Source: Tubiluchus corallicola
Lineage: Eukaryota > Animalia > Priapulida
Length of the DNA stretch: 64,000 bases
Assembly (NCBI GenBank): GCA_030141605.1
Contig: JAQGDQ010000203.1
Span: forward strand, 310,001-374,000
Direction: 5' to 3'
Part shown: positions 50,599 through 63,154 of the stretch, one piece after another
How the letters are laid out: the number at the start of each line of letters is the position of its first letter
How positions within the stretch are numbered: the first letter of the stretch is position 1
The notes under the pieces: model-generated
Told to the model about the DNA's origin: nothing
The model's database searches: none
The model's input: the letters and a program-made list of their open reading frames with translations, nothing else
Program-made: the position numbers and the translations under genes

Positions 50599-51575
50599 GA
50601 TACAGAACGGATTCGTGGTGGATATCTTACAAGCGTACGTTATTTATGTTTAATAATTGTTTCTCTGTAATACTCATTTCTGGAATGTCTACGATCTGGA
50701 ATTTTTTCGTTTTGCAGTGTATTTTAAATTTGTTAACAGTTTTAACTAAGTAAAGAAGTTTTTCAACTTGATTATTAGAGCCCTAATATAGGCATGTACC
50801 CCATTTTCATTCCATATTAGAATGCCTTGTATACATTCTGTATGTATAGTCATGAGAAATGTGACCTTGTCTTTTACTGTGATACATATAAAGACGGTCA
50901 GGTGAACTATAATCATACCTAGGTTTACCGCAATACATGATGTTGGTCTCACATTTCAAGTATGCTCGTCTTTATTATAATGTGTAATGTTTTGCTAAGT
51001 CTGGACTTTAAATGTTCTGCATTTTGTTCGAATTATTCCTATTTTAACAAATTGTAAAAGTAGTAAGTCTTGATTAAGTTGCTGCAACGCTGCTTTAAAT
51101 TAGGACTGGTGCCGTAAAATCATTTTGTTCATTCAAATGTACTGAACTTCATAATATACTTAGATATCGTTTACTACAGTAACTCTGTTTAATTCGTATC
51201 TTTGAGGATGGATGAAATTCTTCGTATTATGCGAAATATGGGTTCTGTGACAATTTGTACATGCGCATAGAAGCTCATTTGAGTTGTCAGAGTTAATCAG
51301 GTCTGTCGTTAGCTGATTTGATTGTATAAAATGATGGAAAGCAATGTGGTCTATTAATAAACATGGATGTTTATGAAACAAACATGTTATTTGCTTAAGG
51401 CTATGCGATATAATGCCTACCTTCAAAGTAGATGTTGTTTTCTTATACGGATTGTTTGCCATTTTTATCTTGCTATAACGTTGATAACATTTGTTGTTTC
51501 CAGTACCATTTCAAAACTATATTGTGTATTTCTTTCTATTAATTTTTTTGTTATGTCATGCTCAGTTTTGCAGCC

Positions 51576-51692
<117 letters not shown>

Positions 51693-53423
51693 TTATTGTA
51701 TTATTCACGTTCGTATTTAAAAGACTCACTTGACAATCAAATACCGTATGATAACAATCATGAGCTAAATTATTGTTTTTACAATGGCCTGTTGCTTGAA
51801 TCTCGTTCCATGCTTATGTCATAATTTAAAAAAATATTTTCACTAATTAACTATTAAATGAGCTAAGCATGTTCTCTAAATAGTAATAATACATGTAATT
51901 GTTGTTTCAACAGAAATCTTTGCTGAAGTCTTTTTTATGCTGATTTCAATAAAACTAAAGACTTAGGAATCACTTCAGTACATTTCTAATTCAGTAAGCC
52001 GTTTTTCATAGAATTATAACTTTATATGTACCTAATTACAGACCCCTTATAAGTACAATTATTAAACTTTGCATTAAAATTTATACTAAAGTGGAAAGTT
52101 GTGCCTCATTAATAATAATTGCAGATTTGCAAGCGTATTTGATTGTCAGGGGATAAAACGATTTTAATCTAAATGAGAGAAGCAAGTAACAAATCATTGT
52201 TTTCCAGTAAACAGGTTCGATTGGTGATTGGACAAATGAGGCTGGGAAATACAAATTTTAAGGCTTTTCTGCATTTTATAGTATTTTTGAATTCCTTTTT
52301 CAGTTTCAATTTAAGAGGATCTCGTGTTGGATCTATTAACTTTTGTTAATGTTTGATAATTTTTCTTTGAGATTTTTTTGTAGACAAACGTCCCATAATA
52401 CCACATAATTATAGCTTGAACCATATGTCAATAACGTACTTGCTAATCCTTGGGTTTACGCCGCTTGACCAGTATTTGCTACTGATAGGAATCGCAGGTA
52501 TTTACCATTTGTGTATATAGAAATCATAATTACATTACTATGATGTTATTAAAATTAGCTTGTTGTTTGTTATTGTTATTTCAAGTTTTCAAATTGCTTT
52601 GTAACCGCCTGATTCCTCGTGTTGAAAGCACTAATTTTAACTTGTTGCTATTATTGGTTGGTACGTAAACGTGCCAGGACTAATATCCATTGTATTATTA
52701 TTAAAATTTTTACATTAAATATTACCATTCTACCTATGCCATTTTTGTCACTTTTGTAGCCTACTGTTCGTATGTTGTAAAAACAGTTTGAAATTACCCG
52801 TTTAATTTTTTCTTGTAAAATAATAACGAGATCTTTTAAATTACCTTCTTCTTGATGATAGAATCGTTACTGTTTGGTACATAATTTCTATGTATTGTGC
52901 AATTCTAACATCCCGGTTTTAAATCAGTATTCCCAATAAACGATTTTTTGTTATAACGTTGAGAAGTTAAGTGATCATTATACTTTCTGTTGTTATTGTA
53001 GCAGTGCACACAATAATTTCCAATCTTTCAACAGTATTTTTTAACAATATTTCAAAGTCAGTTATTAATAAAATTTGATTGTTAGACCATCATCGTCGTA
53101 CGTCCATCACGTTACATCTATTATAGCGCTGGGCATGCAGAATTTTAAAATAAAAAAATCCGCCCTCGAGATAGCTAAACAAAGCAGTAATCCAGAAAAA
53201 ACTAGTCACTGCTATTGTGGTGTCTGGTCAGCACCATTTCCGTTCTCTTGAGCATCATTGAAACACTAAAATCTTGTTGGAGAACGCCGTTTACTAGTTG
53301 CGACATGCGTGCTGCCATCTAGGGCCTACAAAAAATGTTATTAAGCAAGACAGAAGCTAGTGTTGTCCTTCCGCGGGTGTAAACGATGTGGTAGAGAAAT
53401 GAGGTATTTAGGAAATTAAGTTA

Positions 53424-53487
53424 GATCCGGAATTTGAACGCAAGATCTTTGTCATTCAAAATGCACATGCTTCACCGACCAGACAAA
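53424..53487 (-). mobile_element. Degenerate tRNA-like SINE head
   Basis: Minus strand tggtcggtgaagc (A-box-like) ... gcgttcaaattcc (B-box-like) at tRNA-like spacing; no convincing cloverleaf. Confidence 0.4.
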
Positions 53488-53871
53488 TGATTGACAACTG
53501 TCTCACTGAATGTTATTGAGCTGCTTTGTTTAGAAATATTATGCTTATTTTTTAATTTATTTTTTATTTTAAATTTGTTTCATACATGTATACATAGCAT
53601 TGTATAAAAATTAAAAATACTCAACTATACTACAAAATAGCGGTAGAAATAAATAAAATATTTACATATGCATACATACACACCCAGACACAAAACATAA
53701 AATCACAAGACAGATCACTAAAAATACAATACACAGAGGCATGAAACTCAATAAAACTCACCTTAAAATGGTAAAAGATGTTGATTTCATAATGCAAAAT
53801 ATAGTTTGTAGTTTGTACCAGTTCGTCCATATAACTGTATTGTGATATGCAGAGTAAACATACAATTTATC

Positions 53872-53999
53872 AATAATATTATTAGGTATTTCTGCCAGCC
53901 CTTATATAAAGAATCCTGTTATTTTTCGTGTAATAATATTATTAGGTATTTCTGCCAGCCCTTATATAAAGAATCCTGTTATCTTTCGTGTAATAATAT
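53872..53999. repeat. 60-bp tandem duplication
   Basis: 53872-53931 and 53932-53991 differ at one base. Confidence 0.95.
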
Positions 54000-54111
54000 C
54001 ATAGTTTGGCTTAAATAAAACACAAGCCCAGTGATATTTGGTTACTTTCATATGTTAAGTTTGTCCATTACCTTTCATCAGTACTAAACACTGTATAAAC
54101 TAGAATGCAAG

Positions 54112-54185
54112 CACTAACGTGCTTGGATCCAGCACGTCCAATTTGCTCGTTTGATCTTTTTGTAAAGACAAAGTTAATGGTTTTC
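54112..54185 (+). mobile_element. Solo left end of TIR family B
   Basis: cactaacgtgcttggatccagcacgtc..atttgctcgttt matches 44221-44290. Confidence 0.65.
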
Positions 54186-57032
54186 ACAAGAAAGTCGCGG
54201 GAAGCATTTAGCACAGCATAGAATATGTTTTCCATACTGTTGGGCAAACTGTTTGTTAGACTCACGGTTAACAGAATCAGTCGCTTAATTGACTAATAAA
54301 CGTCTGGTTCGTGCCGCTCCTATTCAAATGTGTATAAAAACTGTCGGCAGTTGATTCAATAACTCCGCATAACTAGCTCAATTTTTGTAGTTAAAATAAG
54401 ACACTTGCGATCAAAGAGCGTTTACTACAGCGCGCCTTTGCAAACCATTATTTTCCGTGTTTGTCGTTTCCACTGCTTCCGCACAGAAAGCCACGTAAAC
54501 ACACGGATACGTACTCTAATAGTCAAACCATTTTTTCTGCGGAGGGACAAGTTCATTTTTATAATGGAGAGACTCACACGATGTAGAGATTAAACCTGGT
54601 TTGACGACAAGTTAATCCCAAATATAGTCACAGAGATTTTACAAAGGAGCTGTACGTCGAAGTGCCTATGATGCCTATGAAGTCAATAGTGATTTTAGAA
54701 TATATCTTGTTTTTGTTATTAAGTTAGCGTTCCCGTAAATTTAGATCTGATTTTGCGATTGCATTTTTTAATTCATAGTATATATTTACACGCGCTTTTG
54801 CAACAATAGATCTACTTTGCCCTGAAAATGTTCTTTCATAGTTATGTTGTTACAATGAAAAAAACTTGTAAGCTTCAAAACATTGTTACCTATATGATAA
54901 AAACCGCTTTTTAATTTTCAGTGAAAACAATCGGTCCATTTGAATTCTACTGGAAAGCACGCTGTAAAATTGCGACTTCTCGGTACGCTTCACGACGAAA
55001 TGCTTGTGATAACTTTTAAAGATATATTTGACAACAACACCACTAGACAATCTAACCAAGCTTTAGGGATTACAAAGACAAATGCGTGCCATAGGAAATG
55101 ACATTAAGTCATTTCGCATCAAATAATAAAATACTATAAACAATAACTGGCAATCGGCCTGTGCTTAATTTCCAACGTGCTGAAGTATAACTCTACATAA
55201 CTAATTGGTTTACTTGTCAGATGAATTTAAATTAAATCATATTGTTGATAAGTTCTTAAGGCTTTAAAACCAGTATTTATTTCCCAGTATTTATTTCACG
55301 AAGCTGTTTGTTGTGTTTGTTTTTCTTTTTTCTTTAGCGTTACTACAGCTATTCTTGTTTCTTGACTATCACTCACTCACACTGGGCAAATTTTTATGGT
55401 GAAAAAAATCGCAAGTAGCGTATCATGTACACACGGAAACATCTGTTGACGCATGCGCGGTATGCGTGTGTGTCCAATTCGTGCTTTTTTTTTAGAAAAT
55501 TAGCTGGATCAAGGGCGTATAGACCATTAAGCAAGGGCAAAGAAAACAAACGAAACTGATCCCTGAAAATCTAGAACAAACACAAAGCTGCCTGATATTG
55601 TTTACAAAAAGAAACATGCAAACGTTGTAAACTAACAACCTGTACCACTGTCTGTATTTCAGTCAAAATATGAAAAGATAAAACGTATATGCAGCACAGA
55701 ATTAAATTTTAGAGATGAAAAGGGCTAGTTAGAAGATTATGGATAAAAGCACAAAGAGCCAAAGATACTTACCGGTGCCTATTAAAAGATAAATGATTAT
55801 TCAGATTTACATCTTTTAAACGGTTTTTAACAAGTTTGCTACCCTGAGCACACAGCAAAGCAGCATCGTCGACAGACCCAGGGAGTTCATTCCAGATTTA
55901 ATTATTCTATTTGAAAAACTTTTTTGAAATAACCAAGTTGGCGGTGAGTAGGCTGCAACTTTAAGCGGTGACCCCAGGTTACATCAGATACAAGTGCTTT
56001 GCTAAAAATACATATTTGTCTATAGCACTGTCTCCATTTAATATAGGATATGTTGACCAAACATACATCGTTAGATCATACAATGAGATTTGTCAGACTT
56101 TACAACGCTCACCAAACGAGATAATGCTACGTACATTTTATATAAAATAAACTAAAGATTGACCGATTGATTAAAGATAAAGACAAATTAAGTTATTTTG
56201 TATTTTTGGTAAAATGCACACTCGCAGGTTTTTTTAGTAAACAGGTATACACTAAACATAAATCATTTACTCCGCCAACCCATTGTACGTCGAATCACAT
56301 CTGATAATAGCTGACTTTAATCAAATTATGCAATTCAGCTAAACTTTGCCAAAATTTTGATTTTTCAAGGCACTAGCGTCCTCTCCTCACTGCTACAGTT
56401 ACTACATGTTTACAGCGTGACAGAGACTACACACTACAAGTTGCTCGCGCCATCTGTTGCAAATAAATAAAATTTCGCATGGGTGCGATAAGTATAGTAC
56501 AATCTCTCTTATTGCTACGCACAACATGCATTATTACAGAATTGTACAGTTTTGCAGTTTTGAGTTACTCGCTTGCGAAGTAATTCTACAGAAAGGTTTG
56601 TTTCGCAGTGATGCTGCTATCGTTCTCGATTTTGCATTATCTTTTAATATTGTGACGTCAGAGTTGACCAACTCCCCACTTCTAAATTTTTACGAAAGAA
56701 TCGGATTCCATCACATCAGTAAATGGTGTTCTAAATGAGTATTCAGGCAGTTTGGCAGAAAAACTCAATAAGCGATTAACACAATGCTTTGCGTTCCAGA
56801 TTGTTTACATACCACATGTTTATTTGAGCTGATTAAATTTTATCGTTTATTTCTAACGTAATACATAACACAACTACAACTAGCATGAAATTATTGCTGA
56901 AATAAGCGCCTCAAAATGTCTCTAAATTGTTCATGTTATTCTTCTCTCTTTTTATTTCACTCTTTTCGTCCTTTTTTGTCGTTCTCATCATTTCTCATCC
57001 TCTCTCCTCTCGTTTCTCTCTTCCATCTCTCT

Positions 57033-57036
<4 letters not shown>

Positions 57037-57087
<51 letters not shown>
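57037..57087. repeat. (CT)n microsatellite in a pyrimidine-rich tract
   Basis: About 25 CT units. Confidence 0.95.
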
Positions 57088-57090
<3 letters not shown>

Positions 57091-57856
57091 CCCACCTCTC
57101 TCTCGTTCCCCGTTCTCTGTGTCTTTTCTTATCTCTTTATCTGTTCACTCAACTCGCCTTTTTTCTCTGCTTCAGATGGGGTCTTGAAAATTAGCTCTTA
57201 TGAATGCATAGGAGTGAACGTGTGAACGTAATGACAGAAACTTATGCTTTTGTACACACCTCTACAAACTGTTTTTACCACATCTTGGCCATATTTTATA
57301 TAAGTTGATTGCCGGTGCAGATGATGAAATCCGATGTTGTTAAAGTCAATAATTTTCAGTTTTAAAAATCTACAAATTAAAAAGTGGTTGATTATTCGTT
57401 TATTTTTCTTTTCTACCAACAGGCACGGGGACGTATCAATAGCTTAAACAATATAAACAATAATTTCAAAATCAGAATTTTTTCCGTGTAATTAGACTGC
57501 GTTGAGCATTTCAGGGTATGTATATTTTTTGCTGGCTGACAAAATTGGCAGATCATATCAATTTGTAAAGTAGCCGCGATTAAGGGGTTCAAAATCTTGA
57601 AACCTATTAACTTAACTTTCTATTAACTTGTGCGACTTTTTTTGGGGAAGATATTTTTCTGGGAAATGGTTTTTTCATCATTTGATCGGTACCCGAAGAA
57701 TTTTGTGATTGTCCGAAAATTTTTTGCCGAATTGGGGGGGGGGGGTGAGGGCTGCAGCTCCCTTCCCCTTCACTGGTTCGTATGCCTGTACCGTGATCTA
57801 TATGCACTAAAGTGACCCATGCCTTAAGTGAGGTCATCCATATTGAACCAGTTTTA

Positions 57857-58033
57857 GGTGACGTTTAGCATCCAGAATGCGTATGCTGTTTATCTTTTTT
57901 TCAATGCGCCCGTTTATCAGACCTGCGTTATGCATTATTTCTTTCTGCAGCTATTTTCTATTGATTTTTATTCCGGAACTATTCCGCAGATGGATAACGC
58001 ATAACGCATTCCGGATGTCTGGTAAACGCCACT
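57857..58033. mobile_element. MITE family A, copy 2
   Basis: Shares ttcaatgc.cccgtt.at..gacctgcgttatgc..tattt.tttctgcag and aacgcataacgc.ttccggatg with 30369-30565. Confidence 0.8.
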
Positions 58034-58189
58034 TTAATGCCATTTGATTATCCGAAGCTCTTTTAAAAATAATTCTACGTTCCTCCTTGCGAAAGAATGT
58101 TAGAATATGCAGGCATAAAAGATTTGTAGGTCTACCATGTCGTCGTGTATAAGAAGACTGAACGGTGTACTACTGTAAATTAAGATACT

Positions 58190-61000
58190 TTAGATATTTA
58201 TTAGTGTCAAAAATACATACAATGCAAGAAAAAACAAGGCATACATACAATTTCGATTTTGAAATATACAAGAAAAAACAAGACACACATACAATTTCGA
58301 TTTTGAAATATAATGATACTATATACAAACAAAACAATTACTAATAAAACAAATATTATTAAATCTGCTTGTTAGTTGTATTAGTTACTTAAATGAAACG
58401 TTCAATGATTAGTATTTAAAATAAATTGTCATTCCTTAGGCCTCATTTTCAATGGTATGATTATTACATAGTATATTGTTCTTCATGTCTTAAAAACGCT
58501 TTTTCAACATAATCAATAAATGCCTTAATTACTTCCAAATCATTACTTCTCATCAGGAATAAAAATTTATCAGCATCGCTCATAAGGAAAAATTCTGGTA
58601 TAATTACATTGATGCGATTATATAATTTCTTTCTAAAATCATTGTAATATGGGTTTTTATAACAAAGTGTAATTGGTCTTCGATTTCATTTCTTAAATAG
58701 TATGAGCGTATACCATTTCCAGCTGGGATTTTTCAAGGTTTAACGTACCTCCCTCTTTCAATACACAAAGTATGAGAGCTGATTCTCAGTTTTGTAAATT
58801 TTGTTATAGCATATTTGGAATAACCAGAAAGTAAATAGTTTCCTAGTTGATATTGTTTTTTGAAGGTACGATACGTTCGCAGTTTGTTTTGTCCATCAGG
58901 TTTGTTATTATTATGGATTTCTTCTTCCCAAAACAAAGTATAATCAGTTTTTATGAAGTAGTCGCTTAGGTGAAAACGTTGTCTGGTTATTCCACACGTG
59001 TTCAAAGCTAAATACACATAATGTATACTTAACAAAAGTAGTCCAACAAAAACAGCTAAGTTTCGGTTTTCGTTATAAGCAGTGGCGGATTGTATACTTA
59101 ATTATTTTAATAAAAATGGGGGAAACGGCCACGTTCTGCCCTAGTCGCACATTTGCTTGATTTGTTATCGACATTCAAAAGAAATCTGCATAATTTAATA
59201 TTGGCATCTTCGCTTGGCGCACTATCAAATTTAGTTTGAATAAGCGGAGAATTGGTTTTAATTTTAGTAATGCTAGGTCCCCATACACAAGAGCCATACA
59301 GCATGATAGGTACTACAGTATGTTCAAATAATTTGATAATAGTAAGTGGATTTGAGATGTACTTTTTCATGCAGTAAAAAGCTTTTAGGCATTTGTCTTT
59401 TAGTTTGGTGCAGCTTTGCCTGAAAGCACCGACCACTAAGTATTCAGAGGATTGGACTATTTTCAGCTTATCAGACCCATAGGTAAAGTTCAAGTCTTTT
59501 AGACTTCTACTTCTGCCTGCTTTGTTAAAAACAATAATTTCTGTCTTTTTAGTGTTAACTTCTAGAGCCCATTCGCTACAATAATTATTAAGCTTATTTA
59601 AGGCATTGTTGCAATCCTGACTGGGAACAAGAAAGTAAGACATATCATCTGCATAGAGAAGACATTTGGTTTCAAAATTGCCTAGACTGACGGGATCGCA
59701 TTCATTAGATGTGAAAACTGTTGGTAAGTCATTGATATACAAGGAAAAGAGAACTGAGCTCAACGTACATCCTTGCTTAACACCTAAGGAGGATGCTATA
59801 TCTATATACCGCCAGCGATTTTAACGGAGTAATTAGCTTTAGAGTAAATATTTTGCAGAATCTTAAGAAAATAACCACCTATATTATTTTATAGCAATTT
59901 ATAGTACAATCCAATTCGCCAAACTGCGTCAAAGGCTTTGCGCAAATCAACGAAATAACAACAAAGTTTATGATTTGGTTTCAAAAATTTATCAATAAGT
60001 GTTTTTAATGTAAACATATGGTCACTGGTACGACAGCCTTTTTTAAATCCTATTTAAAATGCAGAATGTTATTATTAGGAATTTTCTAACCTGTTATTAA
60101 GAATGCTCGCAAATAATTTGCTTAAGCTGCTTGAAATGGCAATTCCGCTATAATTGTTTGGATCTGTTGCATTTCCACTTTTGTATATTGGGATGATGTG
60201 GCTTTGCTTCCACTGGGTAGGATAGCAGGAACCAGAAAAGACCAAATTTATTAATTTACGAAGATAGGGAACCATAACTTCGCTTGAAGCATTTCCTTTA
60301 TTAACCGTCTGTACCAGCAGTTTTGTTATTAAAACTGTTTAATGACAATCAGGATTTCCGTATCAGTCATTCTATAATCTAACTGAGAAAAAGAAGTGTA
60401 ATTTTCTTCAATATACTCTGACAATTTTTTAGTTTTTCTCCAATGGCTGTCATTACTATTCAATGAACTTCGAAAATGTTCTACCCAAACTATTGGGTCA
60501 ATGTCATCGCCCTTGTTTAAGGTTTTTTTCTGGGTTCTGATTATCTTTCAAGTGTTTGATTAGGTTCCAAAAGACCTTCGGATTTTTAGTTTCCAGTTCA
60601 GTTAGTTGTTTCATAACACGGGCTTGATATTCCCTGTGTGCTTGCTGCTTGATCTTTTTATAATACCTCTGTTCTTTAAAGTACAGTTCTCGTAAGTTTC
60701 TATTATAAGGGGCGCTTTGCAATTTAAAATGCAAGTATTTTAGTCGGTTGTGGGCTGCTTTCCATTGACTGTTAAACCATTTCTTATCTGGCCAGTGTTT
60801 TTGCTGGGCTACGCGTTTATTATTATTTAGAGTATTTCGTTCTTTAATTATCTTAGATGCAGCTATAAAGCAAAATGGAATTAATGTTATTTACAGCCGC
60901 TTCAATCTCGTTCTCGTTTACATTATAATTAAAGCAATGTAGTATAGTGCATTAAGGCCTTTTTATAAATAATCTCTGGATTGTGGCACGTCAAGCTTCG
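58190..61000 (-). mobile_element. 5'-truncated, decayed non-LTR retrotransposon (CR1/L2 group ORF2)
   Basis: Minus-strand fragments in order: NPKVFWNLIK, WKQSHIIPIYKSG..DPNNY.GI, FVDLRKAFD, GVKQG..LS..LFSLYINDL, CLLYADD, KLRTYRTFK, LRISSH.L.IERGRY; AATAAA on minus near 58197-58202. Confidence 0.93.
58225..58312. repeat. 44-bp tandem duplication in the LINE 3' UTR
   Basis: caagaaaaaacaag(g/a)ca(t/c)acatacaatttcgattttgaaatata twice, two mismatches. Confidence 0.9.
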
Positions 61001-61816
61001 CTAGCGGTTTCTTTACTTGCGTAAACTACATGAAAGTGCGCACATCATTGTCTATTGTTGAGCAGATGAAACCACAAAATACTATAATTTGTTAAAATCA
61101 AACCTGTTGTAGTTTGCCATTTTTTATGAAAGATGAAGTGTAGCCAACCTAAAAGGAGAGAAAGTAGGTAAATTAGTAAAATTATGGTATTGTGTGCTTT
61201 CATTCGCATACATTACCCATCAACTATAGTGAATGATGAAAGCAATTTACCTGTAGCATAAGACTTCACCGCCACACTCAACAAAAATTAGAACAACGTC
61301 CATACTAACTGAACACAACAGAGTAGCGCCACCTATCAATACTGGCCTTCATTCACTTTGTTAAACGAATGCGATTCGCAATGTCTACACAATTATATTA
61401 CTAGAATTTAATAACCAAGATTTAATAGACAAAATAAGCAACAGAGGAAATGAATTAAAGCAACAAGGTTTCTCTCAAAAGCAAGTTTTGAACAACGTGT
61501 ACGTTGATGACACATCACATCATGCCAGTGATTCCACGTCAGCAGCGCCGCGTCACGTTTTTGCAGCCATGTGTAAATTTTTACAGACATGTACGAATCT
61601 TGATAAGGCAGTTGTAAAGCTGCATGAGTGCATTTCTATTTACGTACTTACGCACCTCATATCTATTTATACATTATTATATGAGGTGCATCTAGTTACG
61701 TAGGCCTATTCTATTAGTCAAAATAATGCTTAGATGCGCAGTCAAGATTCGTGTTTTCTAAGCTGAAAGAGTTAGACGGAATTTGCCAACTTTATAAGGC
61801 CTTGCTAATTTTTGTA

Positions 61817-63154
61817 ATGGCCTGTTCATCGTCCAAAGACTACTCCATAGATATGGCGGCAATATGGAAAAGAGCAAACTGGTCTGAAAGATTGTCCAGC
61901 CTGTTTGATAGTGGTACGTTGCAAGACGTTGAGTTCATCGTAGGTGAAAAACGCATCACAATAAGAGCAAATAAACTCGTCTTGTCGTTGGTAAGTCGAG
62001 TATTTTTTACAATGTTTTATGGATCACTACCAGAGGTCACTAACACACCTATTGAAGTTCCAGATATCAGAGTGAAAGTGTTCAACATTTTTCTCGAATT
62101 TGTTTATACCGACAGGATTCCCATAACTGATTGTAGTGTGTTATGTCATGATGGGGTTCCTTCAGCATTTGAACTAATTTATGTGGCCAAGAAATATGAC
62201 GTGAGAAGGTTGGAAAGCATTGCGGCTAAGTACATTATGTCACATCTGACAGTTGATAATGTGTGTGATGTCATTAGAGAAAACTATTTGTACGAAAACC
62301 GGGACGTGCACGAACAGTGCTATCAACTAATTGATTTGTACCCGCTGGATGTGTTTACGTCTAAGAGTTTCACAAAGCTAGCCTACACAGAATTGCTGGA
62401 AATAGTTAAGAAAATAAACAACAAAATTTCTGAATTATCAATTTATGAATCAGTTGTTGGATGGGCGCGGGCTCAATGCGCCCGGAAAACACTGGCGACT
62501 TCTACTGGTAACATTCGCAACGAAATGAGCGACGTACTGTACGAAATTCGTTTTCCCTTGATGGATCTGCAAGAGTTTGCGGATGGACCCGCTCAGTCCG
62601 GCATATTAACCGATAGTGAAGTAGCTAACATTTTCTTAAACAGGCATGGATCATTAAACAAAGTACAGCTGATTTTTCCCGGAGAAAATAGGTGCGATTT
62701 TATGCTAAACTCACAAGACTTTAGGGGTAGGCCTACGCTTGTCTTTAGAGTGCCAGTACAGCACATTGATGGACTTCAACGCGGAAAAGGAAAGTGGTTT
62801 TCCTCTAAACCATGTTATCCTATTGCGGGAGTGTCCTGGGCGCTAGAACTTAGGAAGTGTGGCCCACTTACCTGTAATTCTGAGACTGAAAAAGGCCAAA
62901 GTTGTTGTTTTCATTTCCGGTTTGAACCCCATTGTGCAGCAGAAGAACGAAGAACTAGAACATTGTTCAGGGAATCCAGGATAGTGCTGGTGAATCTTGA
63001 TCCACAAAAAAGCATCGAAAAAAAGCTGGCTGAGGACAAAACACCAGCTATTTGGTGGGAAGACAACTTCATTTCGTCACGTGACTTGCTGACATTTGAA
63101 AGTGGCTTTATTATTGCTGACGTGATTACAGTTTACTTTATACCATGTGTTTAA
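61817..63154 (+). CDS. BTB/POZ-BACK protein (BTBD1/2/3/6-like) with a C-terminal MATH-like domain, intronless ORF
   Basis: BTB: DVEFIVG...ANKLVLSLVSRVFFTMFYGSL...IEVPDI...FLEFVYTD...AKKYDV; BACK: ELSIYESVVGWA..C...IRFPLM..EFADGPAQSGILTDSE; MATH-like: SKPCYPIAGVSWAL...LVN...FIS..DLL..ESGFI.AD.ITV. First ATG 61817, second 61853. Confidence 0.9.
   Translation: MACSSSKDYSIDMAAIWKRANWSERLSSLFDSGTLQDVEFIVGEKRITIRANKLVLSLVSRVFFTMFYGSLPEVTNTPIEVPDIRVKVFNIFLEFVYTDRIPITDCSVLCHDGVPSAFELIYVAKKYDVRRLESIAAKYIMSHLTVDNVCDVIRENYLYENRDVHEQCYQLIDLYPLDVFTSKSFTKLAYTELLEIVKKINNKISELSIYESVVGWARAQCARKTLATSTGNIRNEMSDVLYEIRFPLMDLQEFADGPAQSGILTDSEVANIFLNRHGSLNKVQLIFPGENRCDFMLNSQDFRGRPTLVFRVPVQHIDGLQRGKGKWFSSKPCYPIAGVSWALELRKCGPLTCNSETEKGQSCCFHFRFEPHCAAEERRTRTLFRESRIVLVNLDPQKSIEKKLAEDKTPAIWWEDNFISSRDLLTFESGFIIADVITVYFIPCV

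Noticed and set aside
56916-57194. Leu/Ser-repeat ORFs
   Set aside because: CT microsatellite.
57420-57788. Possible hAT-like MITE (caggca... / ...tgcctg with G-run)
   Set aside because: Only a 6-bp terminal match and no 8-bp TSD.
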